A DNA stretch of 64,000 nt from a virus (IMGVR_UViG_3300033067_001119:1-64000); one strand, 5' to 3'; counted from the stretch's first letter, positions 45,898 through 54,694 are shown. Numbers and translations are program-made. The notes: generated by a model from the sequence alone, not told the origin.

Positions 45898-46110
45898 TTA
45901 GCCGAACAGGGACGGCAGCAGCTTGGCCTTGGATATACCGGTCGCCTTGCTCAGCGCCAGCACATACCGGGTCGGAACCGCCTTCCAGCGGGTGACCGCC
46001 TGCTTGGAGATGCCGACCATCTCGCCCAGTTGCTTCTTGGTGTACCCGTGGCCGTCAGGCTTTGGGGCAATAAGCCGCTCGAAGGCGGCCTCGTCAGTCA
46101 GTTTTGCCAT
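45898..46110 (-). CDS. cro: Cro-like HTH repressor
   Basis: KKQLGEMVGISKQAVTRWKAVP; 70 aa; at the divergent promoter. Confidence 0.85.
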   Translation of the reverse strand: MAKLTDEAAFERLIAPKPDGHGYTKKQLGEMVGISKQAVTRWKAVPTRYVLALSKATGISKAKLLPSLFG

Positions 46111-46140
46111 TTGGGCAACATACCGCCGTTCACGGAATCG

Positions 46141-46218
46141 GTCAACTGAATGTATACTGGCGTTGACAACACCATCAGGGTGGAGTACACACGTTGTTGA
46201 CCGGAGCCATGGGGGCTC
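46141..46218. promoter_or_regulatory. Divergent control region with two operators and hairpin copy 4
   Basis: GTCAAC-N5-GTATAC (46141-57), TTGACA (46163), GTACAC-N5-GTTGAC (46185-201), GAGCCATGGGGGCTC (46204-18). Confidence 0.8.
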
Positions 46219-46231
46219 GGAGGAACATCGC

Positions 46232-46576
46232 ATGACAAACCTTCAAGACCTTCGCACCGCCTACGACACCGCTAAGTCCGCCCACCTTACTGCGCAGGCG
46301 CTGGAGCGTGATACGCGCCGAGATGCTTATAACGCCGGGGTGGCGCTTACCACTGCCGCCTGCGAGGCGGTGAGGCCTCACTTCACCGAAAACACCGTCT
46401 TTACCCGCCGAAGCGGGAAGGAAATCATGATTGTTGGGTTCCGCTCCAACGTCTGGAATCCCGACCTGATCTTGGCCGTCTATGTCGAGCGGATCAAATC
46501 CGGCGCTTGGGGAAAGACTCGGAACACCAGTTCGGTCGTCTGGAATTTCGAAACAAACTCTTGGGTCGAACAGTGA
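46232..46576 (+). CDS. First early hypothetical protein
   Basis: GGAGG RBS; 114 aa. Confidence 0.65.
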   Translation: MTNLQDLRTAYDTAKSAHLTAQALERDTRRDAYNAGVALTTAACEAVRPHFTENTVFTRRSGKEIMIVGFRSNVWNPDLILAVYVERIKSGAWGKTRNTSSVVWNFETNSWVEQ

Positions 46577-46665
46577 TCGCCCGCCTCCTCGAATACACCT
46601 GCTACGCCATCATCTTTGGCGGCGTGGCTTTCCTCTGGATCGCAACACCCGCAGGGATGCAGTGA
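46573..46665 (+). CDS. 30-aa single-TM peptide
   Basis: GTGA overlap; hydrophobic. Confidence 0.45.
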   Translation: MIARLLEYTCYAIIFGGVAFLWIATPAGMQ

Positions 46666-46666
46666 G

Positions 46667-47092
46667 ATGACCTACTTCGTAAAATCGCGGTCCGGGCGCG
46701 ACCTTTTTAAGTCGCAGTTCTCAACTGCCAAGGAGGCTCTTGAAGAAGCCGTTAAGGGCGGCGCGTACCTCCGCGACGCGGACCTCAGCGGCGCGTACCT
46801 CCGCGGCGCGGACCTCCGCGGCGCGGACCTCCGCGGCGCGGACCTCAGCGGCGCGGACCTCGGCAAGCAGTGGATAGTACAGGGGACAACTCGCAGCGAC
46901 GGTTACGCATTTTCCCTTCAAAAACTGAGGGAGGACAAAGAGCCAATGGTGAAAGCCGGGTGTCGCTATTTTACTCTGGGGGAGGCTCACGCCCACTGGG
47001 AAGCTACACGCAAGGGTCAGAAACTTCTCGAAGAGACCAGAGAGATCGTTCGCTGCATGGTCAACATTGCTCACATTCGAGGGCTGATCTGA
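46667..47092 (+). CDS. Pentapeptide-repeat protein
   Basis: Seven A(D/Y)LxG units. Confidence 0.85.
   Translation: MTYFVKSRSGRDLFKSQFSTAKEALEEAVKGGAYLRDADLSGAYLRGADLRGADLRGADLSGADLGKQWIVQGTTRSDGYAFSLQKLREDKEPMVKAGCRYFTLGEAHAHWEATRKGQKLLEETREIVRCMVNIAHIRGLI
46761..46865 (+). repeat. Seven 15-nt tandem repeats (coding)
   Basis: GCGCGGACCTCCGCG consensus. Confidence 0.9.
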
Positions 47093-47286
47093 TGCCTGCC
47101 CTCTGGATCACCATCGACGACATTGACGGGAAGAGCGTGGTCAAGGGCCCGCTCTATCCCGACGAGATCGACACCATGGGCATGCTCATGCGGCTGTCCC
47201 GCGGTGACATCGCCACCATCACCTTCACCAATGCGTCGCCGTTGGCGCAGATGAAGGCCAAGCTGGAGACCAAGCCCGATGTCTGA
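47092..47286 (+). CDS. Hypothetical protein
   Basis: TGATG coupling. Confidence 0.5.
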   Translation: MPALWITIDDIDGKSVVKGPLYPDEIDTMGMLMRLSRGDIATITFTNASPLAQMKAKLETKPDV

Positions 47287-48181
47287 CACCTTCAACCCAC
47301 GCGCCGTCCCCGGCGGCAACCAAGCCCCGGACTATGCCCAGCTTGAAGCCGAGCGCCTCGCCTCCGACTATGTCGGGCTCACGAGCGCACTGGACGAGCT
47401 GCTGGCGGAGGCTGCCGCCTTTCCCCCGGGCGTCAACGACGACGCCGAGGCGTTGGCGCGCGGGGCCATGATCAAGAAGCTCCGGGACCTCGACAGCCGC
47501 GCCGAGGGCGTCCGGGTGCTGGAGAAGGAGCCCCACCTGCGCCGCGGCAACGCGGTCGACAGCTTCTTCAACGTGCTCCGCGACAAGATCGGCAAGCGCA
47601 ACAAGAACGACCGCTCCGCCAAGCCGGGTGCCATCGACATCCTGCAGGGCGACATCAACGACTACCAGAACCGGAAGATCGCCGAGGAGCGCGCCCGGCA
47701 GGAGGCTGCGCGCCGGGAGGCCGAGCGCGTCGCCCGGGAGGCCGAGGAACAGGCCCGTAAAGCCGCAGCGGAGGCCGCTGAGAGGGTTGCCGCTGCCGAG
47801 CGGGCTAGGAAGGCCGAGAACATTGCCGCGCGCCAGCAGGAGGCGGACGAGCAGCTGAGGGCCGCCGACATGGCGAAGGCCGAGGCTGAGCGCACCGCCG
47901 CTCGGGCCGAGGAGGCCCGTCTGGCCTCCCTCGCCAAGCCCTCCGACATCGCCCGGGTCCGCGGCAGTGACGCGAGTGGTGCAGGCGTCCTGCTGACCGT
48001 GGGGCAGGAGCCCTACGCCATGCTGGTCGACCGCGCCAAGGTGAACATGGAGTTGTTGCGCCCCTACTTCACCGACGCCGAGATCGAGAAGGCGCTGCGT
48101 GGCTGGGCCAAGGCCACCGGGCACCGTGTCGCAATGGAGGGGGCCGAGATCGGCCACCGCAACAAGGGAGTGACCCGATGA
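47279..48181 (+). CDS. Coiled-coil protein of the recombination module
   Basis: EKEPHLRRGNAVDSFF; A/E/R-rich. Confidence 0.65.
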   Translation: MSDTFNPRAVPGGNQAPDYAQLEAERLASDYVGLTSALDELLAEAAAFPPGVNDDAEALARGAMIKKLRDLDSRAEGVRVLEKEPHLRRGNAVDSFFNVLRDKIGKRNKNDRSAKPGAIDILQGDINDYQNRKIAEERARQEAARREAERVAREAEEQARKAAAEAAERVAAAERARKAENIAARQQEADEQLRAADMAKAEAERTAARAEEARLASLAKPSDIARVRGSDASGAGVLLTVGQEPYAMLVDRAKVNMELLRPYFTDAEIEKALRGWAKATGHRVAMEGAEIGHRNKGVTR

Positions 48182-48660
48182 AGCGCCCCCACATCCCGTT
48201 GACCGTCCGCGTCGCTGTCGCCGAGCGTCAAGTCCGCGCCACCGGCAGCATCTTCTGGCCCCTGTACCTGTCCGCCATGGACAAGGACAGCGGCCTGACG
48301 GAGCCGTGGTCGCTGACGCGCCGCCTGCGGGTGCTGCTGAACGAGTTGTTCGCGGACCAGCCCTTCCAGCTGGATCACGACCCGGCGCTGGTGCTGCGCA
48401 AGTTCAACAGGCGCACCGGCAAGTACACCCCGGACGCCAACAACCCGGACTATCTGGTCTACCGCACCACGGCAGACCACCAGCAGAAGACGACCGGCCG
48501 CAAGCCGGGCGCGCTGAAGACCATCACCACCAAGGGCTCCGACATCGGCCTGAAGACCAAGTTCGCCCGGCTGGAGCGGAAGACGAGAAAGCGCAAGCAG
48601 AAGATCGCTTCGCGCCCCTTCCCCAAGACCCGGAGGAAGATCAATGCCAAGAAAAAGTAA
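48178..48660 (+). CDS. Divergent HNH-like protein
   Basis: QLDHDPAL...NPDYL...ADHQQKT. Confidence 0.55.
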   Translation: MKRPHIPLTVRVAVAERQVRATGSIFWPLYLSAMDKDSGLTEPWSLTRRLRVLLNELFADQPFQLDHDPALVLRKFNRRTGKYTPDANNPDYLVYRTTADHQQKTTGRKPGALKTITTKGSDIGLKTKFARLERKTRKRKQKIASRPFPKTRRKINAKKK

Positions 48661-49147
48661 CCGCCCTCTACGGGAATACGAGGTCGAGCAGCGCAAGGCT
48701 GGGTTTGCCGGGGCGCGCATGGCTATCGAGGACAGGTCGCGGGCTCTCGCCGACATTGCCAAGGTGATCGGCACGCATCGCCACACTATCACCATGGCGC
48801 TGGCTGTTCTCAGCCATGGCACGTCGGAGGAAATCGCGGCTACCGAAAGCGGGATGGCTCCGCTGCGCGCCACCTACACCGCCATCATGAAGCGGGTGCC
48901 TCCGGAGGAGCGCCGGTCGACCATCCGCAAGCCAGCGCAAACCGAAAACGTCCTCGGCGCGCGTGAAATAGACGCCGGGGTCTGGAAAAACCTGCGTGCG
49001 GCAATAGAGGCCGTGCAGTCGCTGCCGAGCCCGAAGGATACCGCGGCGTCGGTGCGCCGGAACGCAATGCGGACCGAATATATCAGTCGAAACCTCCTCG
49101 TCGCGCTGACGTGGATCACGGAGTTCTCCGATGAAATCACCCGATAA
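48644..49147 (+). CDS. Hypothetical protein
   Basis: Coupled ORF. Confidence 0.6.
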   Translation: MPRKSNRPLREYEVEQRKAGFAGARMAIEDRSRALADIAKVIGTHRHTITMALAVLSHGTSEEIAATESGMAPLRATYTAIMKRVPPEERRSTIRKPAQTENVLGAREIDAGVWKNLRAAIEAVQSLPSPKDTAASVRRNAMRTEYISRNLLVALTWITEFSDEITR

Positions 49148-49967
49148 GACGCCGCCCAAGATCGTCACGCTGACGGTCGAGGATGCTGTGGCGCTGTTGG
49201 AATCCAACACGCTCAACCGGCCGCTGAACGACCAGCACGTCAAGCGAATTGCCCGCCAGATCATGGATGGCAAGTGGCGCTTCAATGGCGACACCATCAA
49301 GATCAGCAGAAAGCGCTCGATCCTCGATGGGCAGCATCGGCTGTGGGCGATCATCGAGGCGAAGACGCCGGTCCAGACCATCGTTGTCTACGACATCGAG
49401 GAGGAGGCCTTCGCCACCATCGACACCATCCGCAAGCCCCGTTCCGGCTCCGACATCCTCACGCTGATCGGTGCCAAGAACAACCGCAGCACAATCTCGG
49501 TCGGGCTGCAGTGGCTGATCCGCTGGCAGCGCAAGACGCTGGAGGAATACCGCGCGCCGCAGAACCGGCTGGAAAACAGCGACATCGAGGAGGCCTTCAA
49601 GAACAACCCCGGCATCGCCCGCGCTGCTGAAGTAGCAAGCCGCCTGCGCGGGGTCGCAAACCCCGGCCTCCTGTGCTTTTTCTACTTCATCCTGACCAAC
49701 AGGAACCCTGACTTGGCCGAGCGGTTCATCCATACTATGGCCAACCCCGCCGGTGCCGGGATCAATGATCCTTTCTTCCGGCTCCGGAGCTATTTCATGA
49801 GCCGGGACCGCAAGGATCACCTTGTCTCGATTGCCCTGATGATCAAGGCCTCCAATGCTGCGTATGAGGACCGGGAGGTGAAGCTGCTCACATGGAAGAA
49901 TCAAGGCTCCAGCGCAGAGCCATTCCCCAAGCTCAACGTCGGGCACTCAGACGTCAACCATCGATAG
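49131..49967 (+). CDS. ParB/Srx-like (DGQHR) protein
   Basis: NRPL...GKWRFNGDTI...LDGQHRLWAII. Confidence 0.8.
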   Translation: MKSPDKTPPKIVTLTVEDAVALLESNTLNRPLNDQHVKRIARQIMDGKWRFNGDTIKISRKRSILDGQHRLWAIIEAKTPVQTIVVYDIEEEAFATIDTIRKPRSGSDILTLIGAKNNRSTISVGLQWLIRWQRKTLEEYRAPQNRLENSDIEEAFKNNPGIARAAEVASRLRGVANPGLLCFFYFILTNRNPDLAERFIHTMANPAGAGINDPFFRLRSYFMSRDRKDHLVSIALMIKASNAAYEDREVKLLTWKNQGSSAEPFPKLNVGHSDVNHR

Positions 49968-49975
49968 GAAACGCC

Positions 49976-50827
49976 ATGGACGTAAACACCGAATCCACTA
50001 CACCTAAGCCGAAGAAGGCCGTCGCCAAGAAGGCCGCAACCCGCGCTGTCTCAACAGAGGTGCGGGCAACTCCGCCTGTTACGCTGGATCAGCAGATCGT
50101 TCTGGCTGCCGCCGATCCGCGCGTAGACGTCGCCAAGATGAAGGAGCTGACCACGCTCCGCCGTCAGCTGCGCATGGAGGAGGCCGAGGAGACCTTCAAG
50201 CATGCGCTGGCCGAGGCGCAGCGCGAGATGCGGCCCATCGAGGCTGACGCCAACAACCCCTCCACCCACAGCAAATACGCGACCCTCTATGCGGTCGACA
50301 AGGCGCTGCGGCCGATCTATTCGCGGCACGGGCTGTCGATCAGTTTCAACACCGCGGACTGCCCGCTGCCGGGCCACACCCGGGTGCTTGCCTACGTCGA
50401 GCGTGGGCTGTTCACGCGCGAGTACCAGTACGACGTTGCCGTAGATGCGAAGGGTCCAAAGGGCAACGACGTCATGAACAAGACGCACGCCGGAGGCTCT
50501 GCTTTGTCCTACGGCAAGCGCTACCTGCTGCTGATGATCTTCAACGTCACTATCGGCGATCCCGGCCGCCGCGCCGACGACGACGGCAACGCCGCCGGTG
50601 GCATCGAGGTCATCACCAAGAAGCAGGCTGAGGAGATCACGCGACTGCTGAAGGAGGCCAAGGGTGATCCGGTGAAATTCTGTACCGCCTTCGGCGTCCC
50701 CAGCATCGAGAGCCTTCCTGCCAGCAGTTTTGCTGACGCCAAGGGCCGCATCGCCGCCTTCAAGAAGGTGCGCGAGTTGCGCGAGAAGGAAACAGCCTCT
50801 GACTTCCCGGGAGACAGGCCGCTATGA
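49976..50827 (+). CDS. erf: ERF family ssDNA-annealing recombinase
   Basis: SKYATL...SRHGLSISF...GSALSYGKRYLL. Confidence 0.9.
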   Translation: MDVNTESTTPKPKKAVAKKAATRAVSTEVRATPPVTLDQQIVLAAADPRVDVAKMKELTTLRRQLRMEEAEETFKHALAEAQREMRPIEADANNPSTHSKYATLYAVDKALRPIYSRHGLSISFNTADCPLPGHTRVLAYVERGLFTREYQYDVAVDAKGPKGNDVMNKTHAGGSALSYGKRYLLLMIFNVTIGDPGRRADDDGNAAGGIEVITKKQAEEITRLLKEAKGDPVKFCTAFGVPSIESLPASSFADAKGRIAAFKKVRELREKETASDFPGDRPL

Positions 50828-51435
50828 GCATGGAGATCATCGACTGCGAGCAGGGCTCGGAGGAGTGGTTCCGAGCCCGCATGGGCCTCCCCACAGCTAG
50901 TCAGTTCGCCACGGTAATGGCGCGCGGCAAAGGCGGCGGCGAGAGCCTCACGCGCCGCAAATACATGCTGCAGCTGGCTGGTGAAATCCTCACCGGCGAG
51001 CCGATGGAGAGCTACAGCAACGCCCATATGGAGCGCGGCAAGGAGATGGAGGAGCAGGCGCGCAACCTGTACTCCTTCCAGACCAACTACGATCTCCAGC
51101 GGGTGGGCTTCATCCGCAATGGCAAGAAGGGATGCAGTCCCGATGCTCTTGTCGCAGCCAACGGCATGGTGGAGATCAAGACCACGCTGCCGCACCTGCT
51201 GATTGACATTTTTCTACGCGGGGAATTTCCACCCGAGCATAGACACCAGTGTCAAGGAGGGCTATGGATAGCCGAAAGAGAGTGGATCGACATAGCAATC
51301 TTTTGGCCAAAGATGCCGCTCTACACCCAAAGAATCCACCGAGACGAGGTTTTCATCTCAGCGTTGGCCGTGGCGGTAGATGAGTTCAACGACGAGTTGG
51401 CCGACGTAGTTCAGAGGATGCGGAGCCATGGCTAG
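50824..51435 (+). CDS. YqaJ/lambda-like exonuclease
   Basis: QGSEEWFRARMG, GCSPDAL, VEIK, QCQGGLW. Confidence 0.9.
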   Translation: MSMEIIDCEQGSEEWFRARMGLPTASQFATVMARGKGGGESLTRRKYMLQLAGEILTGEPMESYSNAHMERGKEMEEQARNLYSFQTNYDLQRVGFIRNGKKGCSPDALVAANGMVEIKTTLPHLLIDIFLRGEFPPEHRHQCQGGLWIAEREWIDIAIFWPKMPLYTQRIHRDEVFISALAVAVDEFNDELADVVQRMRSHG

Positions 51436-52009
51436 ATCGTGTTCAGTTACCGACTGCGAAGGAGCCTACGAAGCTAAGGGCTTTTGCGCCAAACACTACA
51501 AGCGATGGAAGCAGCACGGGGACCCAAGCCTCACCTTGATAAAATCCACCCCCCGTGGGGCACCGATGGCTTTCATAGAGAGGTGCTTAACACACGAAGG
51601 GAATGACTGTCTTGTTTGGCCATTCAATCGATGTGGGCGCAGTGGCATTCCGCAAATAACGATTAGTCGAACCACACGAAGCCCCGCTCGCATTATCTGT
51701 GAGAAAGTTTATGGACCTCCACCGACACCCAAGCACGAGGCCGCGCATAGCTGCGGGAACAGCCACCTCGGATGCGTCAACCGTAACCACATCCGCTGGG
51801 CCACCCACGCCGAAAATGAGATGGACAAACGGAAGCACGGCACCGCTCCCATCGGGGAAGCTCACGGCATGGCTAAAATAACCGACGAGATTGCTCTGGA
51901 GATTATCCATTCAAAAGAAAGCCTCACCAAAGTCAGCGCTAGATTCGGGATCAGCTATGGCACCGCTGGGAAAATTCGCCGCCGCGAAAAATGGAAACAT
52001 CTAGGATGA
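51428..52009 (+). CDS. HNH/His-Cys-box homing endonuclease
   Basis: CAKHYKRW; EAAHSCGN...CVNRNHIRWATHAEN; GEAHGMAKIT. Confidence 0.85.
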   Translation: MARSCSVTDCEGAYEAKGFCAKHYKRWKQHGDPSLTLIKSTPRGAPMAFIERCLTHEGNDCLVWPFNRCGRSGIPQITISRTTRSPARIICEKVYGPPPTPKHEAAHSCGNSHLGCVNRNHIRWATHAENEMDKRKHGTAPIGEAHGMAKITDEIALEIIHSKESLTKVSARFGISYGTAGKIRRREKWKHLG

Positions 52010-52524
52010 CCCAGCCCCCTCGCCATTTCCGCTTCGTCTGGAAGGATGGAGTGTTCGTGCCCTACGGCACCCGCCTCGCCGTCTATTGCGATCAGCAGTT
52101 CGGCGAGGGCGAGATCATCACGTTCGAGCGTCACGAGGAGCGCTCGACCGCCAGCCATAATCACTACTTCGCCTCTATCAACGAGGCGTGGCAGAACCTG
52201 CCCGAGGGCGACGAGCGCTTTCCCACACCGGAGGCCCTGCGCAAATGGGCGCTGATCCGATCCGGTTACTGCACCGAGAAGACGGTAGTGCTGAAGACGT
52301 CGGAGGAGGCGCAGGCGGTCGCCGCCTTCATGGGCAGCGCCGAAGGCACCGTTGTTGTCGTCCGCGACAACGTCGTGAAGCGCTACACGGCCAAGTCGCA
52401 GTCGGTGAAGTCGATGAACAAGGAAGAGTTTCAGCGCTCCAAGGTAGATGTGCTCGACACCATCGCCGAGCTGCTGGAGGTGAAGCGCAAGGAGCTGGAG
52501 AAGATCGCGGGGAGGGTGGCGTGA
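52006..52524 (+). CDS. Conserved phage protein of recombination module
   Basis: RSTASHNHYFA...AKSQS...MNKEEFQ. Confidence 0.7.
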   Translation: MTQPPRHFRFVWKDGVFVPYGTRLAVYCDQQFGEGEIITFERHEERSTASHNHYFASINEAWQNLPEGDERFPTPEALRKWALIRSGYCTEKTVVLKTSEEAQAVAAFMGSAEGTVVVVRDNVVKRYTAKSQSVKSMNKEEFQRSKVDVLDTIAELLEVKRKELEKIAGRVA

Positions 52525-52688
52525 CCGTCTCACTTTTTAATCTTTTCTCCAAACTGCCCAGCGTGGCATGCTTCGTCAGCGCCGGTGTGCTCGCTTATGC
52601 CGACAAGCCTTGGTTTGTCTGGGGAGCGTTCCTATTCGTTGGGTGGGGCGTATTCACCACGGTCACGACAGGCAAGGACGGCAAATGA
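52521..52688 (+). CDS. Small membrane protein
   Basis: GTGA overlap; two hydrophobic segments. Confidence 0.5.
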   Translation: MTVSLFNLFSKLPSVACFVSAGVLAYADKPWFVWGAFLFVGWGVFTTVTTGKDGK

Positions 52689-52840
52689 GCTGGTTCATCA
52701 TGCTGATGGTGTCGGGGCGGCTGATGTACATCGGCCCGTTCTCCGAGACTGAATGCAAGGCAACCAAGCAGACCATCTTCAGCGACACCACCGCCCTGTG
52801 CGTCGAGAGGAGGATCATCGATGTCAGACGTCCGGCCTAA
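52685..52840 (+). CDS. Hypothetical protein
   Basis: ATGA overlap. Confidence 0.5.
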   Translation: MSWFIMLMVSGRLMYIGPFSETECKATKQTIFSDTTALCVERRIIDVRRPA

Positions 52841-53114
52841 GCTGGCACAAGCGATCTGGTCCGGCGTACCGGTAACGGGGCGCTATGAGGCAGACATCGT
52901 CAACACTCTGCTGGGCGGCTGGTCCCGTCACGAGATCGACAAGGCACTCAAATGGCTGGTCGAGCGTGGCCACCTGCGGAGGTGCGGCGACGCCGTGCGC
53001 CCGCTCTACGCTCGCCCGGAACGGAGCATCCGGTACGACAACATCCGCCCGCTCCACGGCATGACTGCCGCGCTGCTGGCCATGCATTCCAACTTCACGG
53101 AGGATAGAAGATGA
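52821..53114 (+). CDS. Hypothetical wHTH-like protein
   Basis: EIDKALKWLVERGHL. Confidence 0.5.
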   Translation: MSDVRPKLAQAIWSGVPVTGRYEADIVNTLLGGWSRHEIDKALKWLVERGHLRRCGDAVRPLYARPERSIRYDNIRPLHGMTAALLAMHSNFTEDRR

Positions 53115-53509
53115 GTTCGCTGCAAATGACCCTGTCAGAACAGGTCGACCGTCTCGTTGCCGAGAACCAGCACCTGCGCGTTAAGTCCGAGAACGACGAC
53201 AAGACCATTCACCTGCTGAAGGAGCAGTACACGCTGCTCGCCGATCAAGTGGACGGCATCAACGCCCGCGCCGAGCGTGAGATCGAGCGCTCCCGCACCA
53301 TCGCTCGCGACTCCATCATGAACATGCAGATCGACCGGGATCAGGCTCAGGTCGCCTACCGGGAGATCGAGAGCCTGCTGCTGCAGGCGACCGATACCAT
53401 CACGCAAGCGCTGCGGGCGCGCGTAGGAAACGAGACGCCAGAGAAAATGCCAGCAGCAGACCTGCCGCATATTCAGGACGACAGGCTCCCGGCCGTCAGC
53501 GTCGGCTGA
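53111..53509 (+). CDS. Coiled-coil hypothetical protein
   Basis: Last gene before the convergent terminator. Confidence 0.6.
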   Translation: MSSLQMTLSEQVDRLVAENQHLRVKSENDDKTIHLLKEQYTLLADQVDGINARAEREIERSRTIARDSIMNMQIDRDQAQVAYREIESLLLQATDTITQALRARVGNETPEKMPAADLPHIQDDRLPAVSVG

Positions 53510-53512
53510 AAC

Positions 53513-53551
53513 AAAAAACCCGCCACGACCAGTCAAGGTCGGGCGGGTTTT
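53513..53551. terminator. Bidirectional intrinsic terminator
   Basis: AAAAAA-CCCGCC.CGACC...GGTCG-GGCGGG-TTTT between convergent units. Confidence 0.8.
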
Positions 53552-53555
53552 GTAT

Positions 53556-53626
53556 TGGCACCGGTGCAAGGTACTGCCCCCTGCGTCACGGGTTTGGAGT
53601 CCGCATAGCGCCTTGCGCCCACCGGT
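53556..53626 (-). tRNA. trnW: tRNA-Trp(CCA), atypical T-loop GGCAGTA
   Basis: Cloverleaf folded by eye; encoded CCA. Confidence 0.75.
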
Positions 53627-53629
53627 AAT

Positions 53630-53703
53630 TGGTACTGCCTGATGGTTACGCTCCATCGTGTCGCGGTCCACAGCCGCGCGCTCTGCTATTGAGCTAAGGC
53701 AGC
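53630..53703 (-). tRNA. trnH: tRNA-His(GTG), G1:U72/A73, T-loop AGCGTAA
   Basis: Cloverleaf; encoded CCA. Confidence 0.85.
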
Positions 53704-53709
53704 ATGAAA

Positions 53710-53780
53710 TGGTCCCGAAGCCCTGTGTCGATCAGGGCTGGCAGCCGTATGAAAGCTGCGTCCTCGCCGGAGGCATCGGG
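53710..53780 (-). tRNA. tRNA-Met/Ile2(CAT), T-loop ATCGACA
   Basis: Cloverleaf; loop TTCATAC. Confidence 0.75.
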
Positions 53781-53781
53781 A

Positions 53782-53852
53782 TGGCAGCGGCACACAGTGT
53801 CGAACTGTGCTCTCAGGTTTCAAAGACCCAATCCCTCACCGGAGGTGCCGCA
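53782..53852 (-). tRNA. trnQ: tRNA-Gln(TTG)
   Basis: Cloverleaf; loop CTTTGAA. Confidence 0.8.
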
Positions 53853-53857
53853 TCAAA

Positions 53858-53933
53858 TGGTAGAGCCTGCGGGTGCTGCCCCCGCTTCCCCGCTTTGAAA
53901 GAGCAGGCATCCTAGCTGGTAGACGAAGGCTCC
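53858..53933 (-). tRNA. trnE: tRNA-Glu(TTC), T-loop GGCAGCA
   Basis: Cloverleaf; loop CTTTCAA. Confidence 0.8.
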
Positions 53934-53934
53934 G

Positions 53935-54009
53935 TGGAGCAGGCAGGGAGAATCGAACTCCCTTGGAACGCCTTGGAAGGGCGACGACCAGCCAATGGCC
54001 CATACCTGC
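53935..54009 (-). tRNA. trnG: tRNA-Gly(TCC)
   Basis: Canonical cloverleaf; U73. Confidence 0.9.
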
Positions 54010-54050
54010 GTAATTCGCAATTCGCCGCGAATTACGGCGAATTGCGGAAT

Positions 54051-54138
54051 TGGCGGAAGGCCGGAGACACGATCACCACACCGTTGCCAGTGCCATGCCC
54101 TTAGCAGGGGCCGCCAGCGCCTCGCTGGTTGACCTTCC
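54051..54138 (-). tRNA. trnS: tRNA-Ser(GCT) with 8/4 architecture
   Basis: 8-bp acceptor, 4-bp T-stem, 6-bp D-stem, long variable arm, G73. Confidence 0.8.
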
Positions 54139-54140
54139 AT

Positions 54141-54217
54141 TGGTGCCCACGGGAAGATTCGAACTCCCCTAGTCCAGCTACGGTACCCCGCTTAGGAGGC
54201 GGGGCCGGTACGTGGGC
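54141..54217 (-). tRNA. D-armless tRNA-like gene, anticodon CCT (Arg)
   Basis: 7-bp acceptor, 6-nt linker, 6-bp anticodon stem, 17-nt variable region, TTCGAAT loop. Confidence 0.6.
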
Positions 54218-54221
54218 AAAT

Positions 54222-54298
54222 TGGAGCCCCGAGGGTGAGTCGAACACCCGCCGGATCGCGTTTAGAAGACGCGCGCTCTTCCGCTGAGCTATCGGGGC
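54222..54298 (-). tRNA. trnR: tRNA-Arg(TCT)
   Basis: Canonical cloverleaf. Confidence 0.9.
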
Positions 54299-54300
54299 AT

Positions 54301-54374
54301 TGGAGATGCGAGCGCGAGTCGAACGCGCTTCCTCGGCTTTGCAGGCCGGTCCATGGCCGTTCTGGCATCGCATC
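54301..54374 (-). tRNA. trnC: tRNA-Cys(GCA)
   Basis: Cloverleaf; U73. Confidence 0.9.
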
Positions 54375-54378
54375 ATGT

Positions 54379-54448
54379 TGGCTGCGGACGAGGGTCTCGA
54401 ACCCGCTTCACCCGGTTCAGAGCCGGGCTTACTCCCTGAGTATCCGCA
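54379..54448 (-). tRNA. trnQ: tRNA-Gln(CTG)
   Basis: U1:A72; short D-arm. Confidence 0.8.
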
Positions 54449-54451
54449 AAA

Positions 54452-54528
54452 TGGTCTGGATGGCAGGCTTCGATCCTGCGGCCCCTCGCTTCCGAAGCGA
54501 GTGCTCTTCCGGGCTGAGCTACATCCAG
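54452..54528 (-). tRNA. trnP: tRNA-Pro(CGG), T-loop ATCGAAG
   Basis: C1:G72, A73. Confidence 0.9.
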
Positions 54529-54533
54529 ATGAA

Positions 54534-54610
54534 TGGTGATCCCGCGAGGATTCGAACCCCGACCTCCCAGATTCGTAGTCTGGCGCATTATCCAGTTGTG
54601 CTACGGGACC
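54534..54610 (-). tRNA. trnR: tRNA-Arg(ACG)
   Basis: Canonical cloverleaf. Confidence 0.9.
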
Positions 54611-54614
54611 GTTT

Positions 54615-54689
54615 TGGCGCTGCATGGGAGAATTGAACTCCCGTTCTCCGCGTGAGAGGCGGGCATCCTGACCACTAGACGAATGCAGC
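54615..54689 (-). tRNA. trnE: tRNA-Glu(CTC)
   Basis: Canonical cloverleaf. Confidence 0.9.
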
Positions 54690-54694
54690 ATGAT

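Noticed and set aside
46761-46865. Tandem repeats as a possible CRISPR array
   Set aside because: 15-nt repeats with no spacers, in frame within a pentapeptide protein; no cas genes
53556-53626. Terminal tRNA as attP/integration site
   Set aside because: No integrase and no duplicated tRNA 3' end in the window
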